A DNA stretch of 64,000 nt from an uncultured Muribaculum sp. (lineage in GTDB: Bacteria; Bacteroidota; Bacteroidia; Bacteroidales; Muribaculaceae), in NCBI GenBank assembly GCA_910587665.1, contig CAJUMZ010000012.1, positions 19,320-83,319 on the forward strand. Reading direction: 5' to 3'. The translations under genes were made by a program, and so were the position numbers. Numbering within the stretch: the stretch's first letter is position 1; each line of letters opens with the position of its first letter. The notes beneath the pieces were generated by a model, which did no database searches, was not told the origin of the DNA, and was given only the letters and a program-made list of their open reading frames with translations. Positions 36,602 to 44,533 of this stretch are shown here, piece by piece.

Positions 36602-36761
36602 TCTTTCCTCAAAATTGTCCTCCTTTTGTCCTCCGGTGGCGATATTGGAGCAAGCTGAATCTGCTTTTGTCTGCTTCGGCTTTTCTTCGTTATTTCGAGG
36701 CAGCGGATTTTCCCGGTGGGTGGGCATGGCGGACTCATGCGTATAGAGTTACCTTTGCAGG

Positions 36762-37460
36762 ATGAAAGCAGACCAACTACTCCGTGCCATCCTTCCGGAT
36801 GTGCTCATTGACAATTTCGATGTCGAGCGTTTTGAAAAGACCGCCGACCGGTTTGACATCTGGCTGGACGAGAAGAAAGTCCAGATGGAGGATGACAAGT
36901 ATGACAGTTCAGTAATCGCCTACGGCTTCGGGGAATATCACACGATACAGGATTTCCCGATACGGGGACGTGACACGTATCTTCATGTGCGCAAGCGCAA
37001 ATGGCTCGACAAGGACAGCGGCTAGATATTCAGTTACGACTGGGATGTCTCGGAGTTTTACTGCACGAGGCTCAATTCGGAGTTTGTGGCTTTTTTAAAA
37101 GAGAGAGATTGAGTCCACGCCGGTGAGCATCTCCACCCTTGCGGCACGTAACGGCCTCAACGGTCAGACCCTGTGCAAACAATACAAGGAGAGGATAAGC
37201 GACTACCGTGACTGGAACCAGCTGGGACACGCCGGGGAATATATCCTGTATCCGGAGGACCTGGGTCCCGACATGAGTCTTGTCGAGACGTACCTGAGCA
37301 ACGGCGACGTCTATACAGTCCAGACCAACAAGGAGGCTCACGGAGGCAAGGGTGCGCTGGCCGCGATGATACGCGGCGTGGCGACCGATGCTGTCTCTGC
37401 CGTGCTGAAGAAAATCCCTCTCCGTAAAAGGTTAGAGGTCAAGACTGTCACAACAGATTT
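36762..37460 (+). pseudogene. ISL3-family transposase, N-terminal ~230 codons, disrupted and truncated
   Basis: MKADQLLRAILPDVLIDNFDVERFEK...RKRKWLDKDSG, then an in-frame TAG at 37023-37025. Homology resumes in another frame (LGPDMSLVETYLSNGDVYTVQTNK...VLKKIPLRKRLEVKTVTTD) and stops abruptly at ~37460. Confidence 0.8.
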
Positions 37461-38072
37461 GGCTCGGAGGAGAACTATGAGTATATGTTCCGCAACGGCA
37501 TGACGCCCTATGTCAAATACAACATGTTACATGTCGAGCAGCGGCGCGGCTGCCGCAACAATCCCTTCCGCGTGTCAAACCTTTTCTACAATCCCGACGA
37601 GGACTTCTATGTCTGCCCCATGGGACAGAAAATGAGATTTATCCGCCAGGAAAAACGCTATACGGCAAGCGGTTACCAGCAGACAGTCAGTATTTACAGA
37701 GCGTGCAGATGCGAGGGATGCCCGTTACGGGGACAATGTCATAAATCAAAGCGTGACCGGCAGATAGAAGTGAACCATACACTTGACGATTATAAAGCCC
37801 GTGCAAGAGTGCTTCTTACAAGCGAGCAAGGGCTCAAGCATAGGAGCAACCGCCCTATCGAACCTGAGGCAGTCTTCGGACAGATGAAGGAATGCGGCAA
37901 GTTCAGACGACTGCGGCTGAGGGGGCTGACCGGAGCGAAAATCGAATTCGGTCTGAAAGCACTTGCCCATAATCTGAGGAAACTTGCCCTGACACGGGCT
38001 AAACCCTCTTCTTTACTCATATTTTTGTCCGAAAATTCAGTAATCCTACAAAATAAAAACCTAAGCGGATGA
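37458..38072 (+). pseudogene. IS1182-family transposase, C-terminal ~200 codons only
   Basis: Begins mid-domain with (F)GSEENYEYMFRNGMTPYVKYN and ends with PEAVFGQMKECGKFRRLRLRGLTGAKIEFGLKALAHNLRKLA, a typical IS1182 C-terminus. It is fused directly to the ISL3 fragment with no IS end between them. Confidence 0.8.
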
Positions 38073-38095
38073 AAATTGTGGCTGACCCACAATTT
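38073..38095 (-). terminator. hairpin downstream of fldA (possible terminator)
   Basis: A 9-bp stem aaattgtgg/ccacaattt with a 5-nt loop, 57 nt after the fldA stop on the minus strand. The U-tract is weak. Confidence 0.4.
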
Positions 38096-38151
38096 CACCC
38101 GCATTACACCGGAGAGGAAACTCCCGTAAAACAAACCTCAGGGAAATCCTG

Positions 38152-38655
38152 CTACTTAATCTCCGATTTTACTTTTGCAACCCATTCATCCAGACGCCCC
38201 TCTGTCAGTTCTTCCTTGTTGACATTGTCAAGCAACAAGCCGACATAAGCTCCGTCTATGAAAGCCGGGCTCTCATCAAACTCATATCCATCGGCGTTAA
38301 AGAATCCGATAAACTTCGCTCCGGTATTCTGCAGACGGTTATACAACTCTCCGATAGCACCACAGAATGTATCGCTCATCGACTCGTCGCCGCAACCAAA
38401 CAATGCAATTTGTTTGCCTTTAAGGTCAAGAGCCTCAAGTCCGTCAAGGAAATCAAACCAATCATCCTGCAACTCTCCTGCACCCCATGTCGACGACCCT
38501 AATATCAGCACATCGTATGGAGCTACATCTGACGGAGATGACTTTGCGACATCATGGACATCGGCATCAGCCACACCAAGCTTTTTTGCTATCTCCTCTG
38601 CCACCTCAGCAGTCACGCCTGTTGATGAGCCATAAAATATTCCAATTTTTTTCAT
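38152..38655 (-). CDS. fldA: long-chain flavodoxin
   Basis: MKKIGIFYGSSTGVT FMN-binding loop, 167 aa. I prefer the ATG at 38655 over the upstream ORF-track start. Confidence 0.92.
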   Translation of the reverse strand: MKKIGIFYGSSTGVTAEVAEEIAKKLGVADADVHDVAKSSPSDVAPYDVLILGSSTWGAGELQDDWFDFLDGLEALDLKGKQIALFGCGDESMSDTFCGAIGELYNRLQNTGAKFIGFFNADGYEFDESPAFIDGAYVGLLLDNVNKEELTEGRLDEWVAKVKSEIK

Positions 38656-38714
38656 AACAATTCTTCGTTTTCTCTTATAACGCACCGTTAAACATAATGT
38701 TCACTATCAGCGTA

Positions 38715-41324
38715 TCAGAACGAGAAATGAAGTGCAAAACGTATTCCCCAGTCAGGCGCGTCAAATGAGTGACGATAGCTTAGACGCCATACCGAATCAA
38801 CCCTTATTATCCGGAATATATTGTCGATACCCGCGCTTATCTCCATATATGGAACATTGGTCATGGGAGTGGTGTGTACATTTTCAGGGAATCTGAACAG
38901 CGACTTGTCATATACCGGATTGTTCCTTTGGCTGAGATGCCCCCAAAGTCCCTTGAAATTAACCACCTCCCTGAGTTTCAGCTTCTTTATCAAGGGTATA
39001 TGGTTGAATATAAGTCCGTTCATCCAATAGGTAAGATCAACCATCGCATAAGAATCATTGATAAATTCAAGCGGATTCATCAGAGCGAAACTTTCAGGCT
39101 GTATAGTATAGGTAAGGTTGGCGTTAGGCAGACACAGATTCATATAAGGTGACGGAGACCATGAATGACCGCCCTTTACTACGGCATCAATATATCCGAA
39201 AGCCGAAAGCCAGATACGCTTGAAAAAGCGCATCTCGGTGCGATTGATTGTGAACATGCTGCCAAGGACTCCCTTCGACGCATACGTGTGCATCAGCTCT
39301 ATTACCGGCGCGTCCATATTGATAGGACTCCGGGTAGTCGTGCCTTGCAAAAACTTTTCGCCGGGTGCATAGCGGAGCTTCAAATTAAACATCAATTCAT
39401 TGTAGTGACCGAAATTATTGCCGTATCCGTCGGTAAACGGAATCCAGCGCGTCGCTTCCTGCCGCTCGAAAGAAGCTCCCGCGGTAACAGAGAAGTTGTT
39501 ATAAAGCTCGAGTGTATATTCAAGCATAGTCGCCCTGCGGTAAGTCACGCGGGTGTCGGCGATACGTTTCCACGAAAGAAACACATTGTCGGGATTGGTA
39601 AAGGAATAGTTCTGTCCAAGTTCATCAAGAAGATAAAGCGAAGTGAGCCTCAGCGAATGTACGGGAAACTCACGCGAGTGATATTCCTTGTCGCGGAAAG
39701 AATATTCCACTTCCCCGCGGTATTTGACTTTGTGGTCGCGAAAGCCATAGGCCACGAAACCGCGGGCAAACCAACGTTTTGAAAGGTAAGCGGTTGTCAT
39801 TCCGCCGGCTCGGAGTCTGACACCTTCAGCCGTATTATATGATATGCTGGTATTTACGGGACCATAGTCAAACTTCGGCGGGTTGCCTGTGTGCCAATAG
39901 CCCATAACAAGCAGTTTAAGCGTTTTCTCTGTCCAATAATATAGCGGCACCGAGCGTAACCGCTGTATCATAGACTCCACACTCCCCTCGCCCTTTTTCA
40001 GTGGGATAAGACGATGATTTGCCCAAAATTCTTCATCTCTGTCGCGGGCTCCGTCAAGGATGATTTCCGGAGGAGTACCGTCGAAAATCTGCTTTTCAAG
40101 TCCGGGTCGTTCAAAGTTATGATTTTCATAGACAGTGTTGCGATGAGAGTACAATTTGGGCAACGCCGGAAGGACAGAAAACTCAATAATCATGTCATCT
40201 GTTTTCTTCAATCGCGTTCCGTCAGGAGCTTTTTCAAATTTCTGCCTTACCGACATGGCGTCAAGAAAATTCACATTAATAGTATGTGGCAGATGTAATT
40301 CAATCTGCTTTATAAACATCGTGGAATCATTCTTAGGCACATACAGTTTGCCAATGAATCCCCATGTTTCCGACGTGTGCGGCACAAAACTCAGTACCAC
40401 ACAAGAATCCCCGTCGACTTCCATAGTGTCGGTAAGATAAAACTTATAAAAGTCGGGGGCGATGCTTGAAAGAGGACTGACAAATCTGTTTTGTAGCAGT
40501 GTGACGTCGTTCTGATAAATATCAATTTCGCGAAACACGTCTTCAAGAGCTTCCCTCGTTCCATCCTTATTGGAAGTCATCTCGTCAAGTCCTACCTGTT
40601 TCAGCCCCAATACCGTCTCACGTGTCGACTCAGGCTTTTTTCGATAGTTGATCTCCGATGACTTTTCCTTTGTAAGGAAATTCAGAATCGGTCGACCGGA
40701 CAGCTCGGAATAATCAAGGTGCTCTTTGAGAAAATTAAACTTCTTTCCTATCCAACTGTAATTCTTGTCAGGATCGAAATCATTGATCGCCATGTTGATG
40801 CGCTCATATTTATCATAATTATAATAATCATGACGTTTCGGATCGGTAAGCGGCGACGCAGTCCTTATGCGATTCAGAAAGTCAACTGCTGGATTATTCT
40901 TCTTGCTGTATTTCTCTTTCTTGGGTCTTACAATTATTTCACCGAGGGCAACCCCCGTAGGCACAAGTTCAATTGTCATTCCGGGGGTTGCGGCAACTGT
41001 CTTTGTAGCATACCCCATCATTGTTACCCTAAGACTGTCGCCCGGTATTTTCACCGGTATAGAAAAGCGACCGGTATCATCCGACATAGTTCCCGAACTC
41101 GATCCCTCGACATATATTGCAACATAGGGCAAACCCTCCCTGGATAAAGAGTCAATCACCATTCCGTTCATAGTAGTGACCGCTCCCGATACACAAACCG
41201 GAAGAAATGCCGAAAACAGTAACAACAAGTATGAAATATGCCTGGACAGGAAACTCTTCAAAACTTTTACTCTAAAAATTGTATCTTTCTCAAAAAACAA
41301 ATATAACTTTGCAATGTTCGGCAA
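38715..41324 (-). CDS. carboxypeptidase-regulatory-like domain + DUF5686 outer-membrane protein
   Basis: ~850 aa. N-terminal CarboxypepD_reg-like segment (MNGMVIDSLSREGLPYVAIYVEGSSSGTMSDDTGRFSI) and a long beta-rich C-terminus ending in F. The start is uncertain because there is no ATG before the signal peptide. Candidates are the TTG at 41324 or the TTG at 41261 (MKSFLSRHISYLLLLFSAF...). Confidence 0.8.
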   Translation of the reverse strand: MPNIAKLYLFFEKDTIFRVKVLKSFLSRHISYLLLLFSAFLPVCVSGAVTTMNGMVIDSLSREGLPYVAIYVEGSSSGTMSDDTGRFSIPVKIPGDSLRVTMMGYATKTVAATPGMTIELVPTGVALGEIIVRPKKEKYSKKNNPAVDFLNRIRTASPLTDPKRHDYYNYDKYERINMAINDFDPDKNYSWIGKKFNFLKEHLDYSELSGRPILNFLTKEKSSEINYRKKPESTRETVLGLKQVGLDEMTSNKDGTREALEDVFREIDIYQNDVTLLQNRFVSPLSSIAPDFYKFYLTDTMEVDGDSCVVLSFVPHTSETWGFIGKLYVPKNDSTMFIKQIELHLPHTINVNFLDAMSVRQKFEKAPDGTRLKKTDDMIIEFSVLPALPKLYSHRNTVYENHNFERPGLEKQIFDGTPPEIILDGARDRDEEFWANHRLIPLKKGEGSVESMIQRLRSVPLYYWTEKTLKLLVMGYWHTGNPPKFDYGPVNTSISYNTAEGVRLRAGGMTTAYLSKRWFARGFVAYGFRDHKVKYRGEVEYSFRDKEYHSREFPVHSLRLTSLYLLDELGQNYSFTNPDNVFLSWKRIADTRVTYRRATMLEYTLELYNNFSVTAGASFERQEATRWIPFTDGYGNNFGHYNELMFNLKLRYAPGEKFLQGTTTRSPINMDAPVIELMHTYASKGVLGSMFTINRTEMRFFKRIWLSAFGYIDAVVKGGHSWSPSPYMNLCLPNANLTYTIQPESFALMNPLEFINDSYAMVDLTYWMNGLIFNHIPLIKKLKLREVVNFKGLWGHLSQRNNPVYDKSLFRFPENVHTTPMTNVPYMEISAGIDNIFRIIRVDSVWRLSYRHSFDAPDWGIRFALHFSF
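41304..41311 (+). promoter_or_regulatory. -7 box TAACTTTG for the CYTH gene
   Basis: Exact TAnnTTTG, 61 nt upstream of the ATG at 41372. A minus-strand box CAAATTTA at 41349-41356 could serve the divergent DUF5686 gene. Confidence 0.45.
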
Positions 41325-41371
41325 CAGCGATATGCCCTATACCGTTTGCAAATTTACTATAATTATAACCT

Positions 41372-41833
41372 ATGGCAAAAGAAATCGAACGTAAGTTTCT
41401 TGTAACCGACAGTTCCTTCATGAATAAAGTCGTGAGTGAAAAACATATCGTGCAGGGATACCTGTCAACTGATGTCAGAGCCACAATCCGGGTGCGTATT
41501 ATCAATGACTCGGCTGTAATTACAGTCAAAGGGAAAAATGAAGGTGCGGTTCGGGATGAATGGGAATACCCTATTCCTGTTGACGATGCCCGCCAGATGC
41601 TTGAGCGCATTTCTACCGGTGCATTGATTGACAAGACAAGATATATCGTCAAACATGACGGCAAGACTTGGGAAATAGACTCTTTTCACTCTCCGGTTGA
41701 CGGACTTACAGTCGCGGAAATAGAATTAACCGACCCGGAAGAGCAGTTCACCTTACCTTCATTCATAGGAAAAGAAGTGACCGGCGATCCGGCCTATTAC
41801 AACTCTTCGATAGCAAAGATTGCCGGAAAATGA
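41372..41833 (+). CDS. CYTH-domain protein (triphosphate tunnel metalloenzyme)
   Basis: 153 aa. The N-terminal EIERKFLV motif (ExExK) is typical of the CYTH/CyaB-ThTPase family. Confidence 0.85.
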   Translation: MAKEIERKFLVTDSSFMNKVVSEKHIVQGYLSTDVRATIRVRIINDSAVITVKGKNEGAVRDEWEYPIPVDDARQMLERISTGALIDKTRYIVKHDGKTWEIDSFHSPVDGLTVAEIELTDPEEQFTLPSFIGKEVTGDPAYYNSSIAKIAGK

Positions 41834-41836
41834 CAA

Positions 41837-42427
41837 TCACCTTACGTGCAATATTTTGTGCATTTGCAACCCAAGCCGCCATTGCGGATTGTCAAGACAA
41901 TACTTAAACGCACCCTCCACAAGGCGCGCGTTTTTAGCAGGATTTCCGGTATCACACGGCTGAAGAATCCTGTGTCGGGCAGAAATATTGTCGTATCGCG
42001 ACGGATCATTGTCTCCACAGAAAACCACTTTCAGCTCATCGCAACGGCAAAGCACAGGCGTGGCATTGTCGCAGAAAGCATCCTTTGGTGAAAGCGTAAT
42101 GAAATCAATATTGTCAGGCAACAGGCGCGTGCCGTTGGTCTCGATACACACCGACTTGCCTGTATCCTTGAGTGCCGCCACAAGTTCCTTGTCAACATAT
42201 AGTCCCGGCTCGCCTCCGGTAAGTATCACAAGATTACCCTTATAGCCAATCACCGTTGCAACAATTTCACTCAATGACATTTCTGTTGACTCCGAATAGT
42301 CGGTATCACAGAACGGACATTGTAAGTTGCAGCCGCTGAAACGGATGAAAACCGCAGGAATCCCGGCATGGATTCCCTCACCCTGCACACTGTAGAATAT
42401 CTCGTTTATTCGATAAATCCTCTCCAC
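41837..42427 (-). CDS. queE: 7-carboxy-7-deazaguanine synthase (radical SAM)
   Basis: 196 aa. IFYSVQGEG plus the cluster motif CNLQCPFCDT. Confidence 0.9.
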   Translation of the reverse strand: MERIYRINEIFYSVQGEGIHAGIPAVFIRFSGCNLQCPFCDTDYSESTEMSLSEIVATVIGYKGNLVILTGGEPGLYVDKELVAALKDTGKSVCIETNGTRLLPDNIDFITLSPKDAFCDNATPVLCRCDELKVVFCGDNDPSRYDNISARHRILQPCDTGNPAKNARLVEGAFKYCLDNPQWRLGLQMHKILHVR

Positions 42428-42771
42428 GTTTCAACCATTTCTTCATCAATATATGCCGCTTCGTTACCCTCCGATTCCTTTACACAAGCCTTATAGCATT
42501 GGGGTATTCGCTCTACTATCCAACGGGCAATGTTCTCAGCCGTAGGATTGAACGGCAACAGTTCATTGAGATTGCCATGATCAAGATAGCCGTGAATACG
42601 CTCCTTTATGCTTGTAAAGTCACATACCATACCGTCATCGTTAAGCTCACGCGCCATACAATACACCGTAATGACCCAATTATGACCATGAAGCCCCGCA
42701 CACTTGCTCTCATAACTTAACGTCAGCCGATGAGCGGCCGAAATCTCAAGACGTTTCTTTACGAAATACAT
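42406..42771 (-). CDS. queD: 6-carboxy-5,6,7,8-tetrahydropterin synthase
   Basis: 121 aa, SAAHRL...GLHGHNW PTPS-family motifs. Overlaps queE by 22 nt. Confidence 0.92.
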   Translation of the reverse strand: MYFVKKRLEISAAHRLTLSYESKCAGLHGHNWVITVYCMARELNDDGMVCDFTSIKERIHGYLDHGNLNELLPFNPTAENIARWIVERIPQCYKACVKESEGNEAAYIDEEMVETWRGFIE

Positions 42772-44189
42772 GCGTCAGGATTTTTGAGGGTTAAATTCAC
42801 GACATTTTCCACATGGGCAGTGTGAGGGAACATGTCCACGGGCTGAATCGCCTCCACCTTGTATTTTTTATCCAAGAGGGCAAGGTCGCGCGCCTGTGTC
42901 GCAGGATTGCAGCTAACGTATACAATACGGCGCGGAGCAGCATTTAAGATTACGTTAACTACATCTTCATGCATTCCCGCCCGTGGCGGATCGACAATCA
43001 TCACATCAGGTCTGCCATGTTGGGAAATAAAATTGTCGGTAAGCACATCCTTCATGTCGCCGGCAAAAAACAGCGTATTGTCAATACCGTTGACAGCAGA
43101 ATTGACCTTTGCATCGGCAATGGCTTCGGGTACATATTCTATACCGATTACCTTTGAGGCCTTGGAGGCGACAAAGTTAGCGATCGTACCGGTGCCGGTG
43201 TAAAGGTCATATACCAACTCGTTGCCGGTAAGTCCGGCAAAGTCCCTCACCACACTGTATAGGCGATAAGCCTGAAGCGAATTGGTCTGGTAAAATGACT
43301 TGGGACCGATTCTGAACCGAAGAGACTCCATCTTCTCCTCGATATAATCTTTTCCGGAGAAAGTAATGACCTTCTGATCGCCTATAGTGTCATTTACTTT
43401 TGTATTTATAACATATAGTAATGACGTGATTTCAGGGAACCTCTCCTTTACCGCCGACAGCAATTCATTAATATTCCCGGCATCATCCTCTCCAAATACC
43501 ATTACCGCCATAATCTCTCCGGTGGAGGCAATACGTATCATCAATGTGCGGAGCAATCCTTGCTGCATACGCAAATCATAGAATGTATAACCTCGCTCTT
43601 TACCGAAATCACGAATATATTTGCGCAAGCGGTTACCGAAGTCATCCTGCAGGAAACAACGGTCTATGTCAAGCACCTTGTCGAAAGCTCCCGGTATGTG
43701 GAAGCCCGCGCCGTCACGGTCGCAGAACTCCTCCCCTGAAGCAAGTTGCTCATAAGTAAGCCACTTTTTATTGGAAAAAGTGTATTCCATCTTATTACGA
43801 TAACTCCATATTTCTTCAGAGCCGATAATTGGTGATATCTCCGGTGCATCAACCTTGGCTATGCGCTCAATGGCATCCTTGACTTGCCGCTGCTTACAAG
43901 CGAGCTGAAAATCATAAGGCAGATGTTGCCAACGGCAACCACCACATACAGTGAAATGGCTGCACACAGGATCGATCCTCACTTCACCCGGTTTGTGAAG
44001 CCGGGTGATCCGACCTTCGGCATAGCTTTTTTTCTTTTTGGTAAGCTGAATGTCCACAATATCACCGGGGGCGCCAAACGGGACAAATACCACCATGTCA
44101 TTTATTCTGGTCAAGGCATTGCCCTCGGCAGCCACATCGGCTATTTCAATCTGCTCCAGCAACGGGAGTTCTCTACGTTTACGTGACAA
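42759..44189 (-). CDS. rlmD: 23S rRNA (uracil-C5)-methyltransferase RlmD/RumA family
   Basis: TRAM domain, Fe-S cysteines CSHFTVCGGCRWQH and SAM motif DLYTGTGTI. I prefer the TTG start at 44189 (SRKRRELPLLEQIEI...), because a -7 box at 44219-44226 lies inside the longer ORF-track model. Overlaps queD by 13 nt. Confidence 0.88.
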   Translation of the reverse strand: MSRKRRELPLLEQIEIADVAAEGNALTRINDMVVFVPFGAPGDIVDIQLTKKKKSYAEGRITRLHKPGEVRIDPVCSHFTVCGGCRWQHLPYDFQLACKQRQVKDAIERIAKVDAPEISPIIGSEEIWSYRNKMEYTFSNKKWLTYEQLASGEEFCDRDGAGFHIPGAFDKVLDIDRCFLQDDFGNRLRKYIRDFGKERGYTFYDLRMQQGLLRTLMIRIASTGEIMAVMVFGEDDAGNINELLSAVKERFPEITSLLYVINTKVNDTIGDQKVITFSGKDYIEEKMESLRFRIGPKSFYQTNSLQAYRLYSVVRDFAGLTGNELVYDLYTGTGTIANFVASKASKVIGIEYVPEAIADAKVNSAVNGIDNTLFFAGDMKDVLTDNFISQHGRPDVMIVDPPRAGMHEDVVNVILNAAPRRIVYVSCNPATQARDLALLDKKYKVEAIQPVDMFPHTAHVENVVNLTLKNPDACIS

Positions 44190-44218
44190 TGTAATAATAG
44201 ATTTAGTTATTATTTTTA

Positions 44219-44226
44219 CAAAGGTA
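44219..44226 (-). promoter_or_regulatory. -7 box (CAAAGGTA on plus) for the rlmD-queD-queE operon
   Basis: Exact TAnnTTTG on the minus strand, ~30 nt upstream of the proposed TTG start. Confidence 0.5.
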
Positions 44227-44441
44227 TAGCAAAAAAATCGGATTGACAATCGTTAAACCTACGACAATGTGGAGCCATCAACATCATTAAGAGTCATTAA
44301 CAAATATATGGTCATTTTAATCCATTGGACTTTAGACCTATATGTTGCCGAAAGCCATCATCATTGTTATCACAACTCAAAAAATCATCCTGTTTAGGGA
44401 ATTTTATGCGATATTAGTTTTCTTTTCTCATTATATTATCT

Positions 44442-44449
44442 TAATTTTG
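44442..44449 (+). promoter_or_regulatory. -7 box TAATTTTG for ppdK
   Basis: Exact TAnnTTTG, 85 nt upstream of the ATG at 44534. Confidence 0.45.
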
Positions 44450-44533
44450 TGCCTATGCTTTCCTCAAATATTCAAGTATAAAACAACCAAAAGTAAATTA
44501 AATAAGTTTAACATTTAACACCACTCAAAGCCA

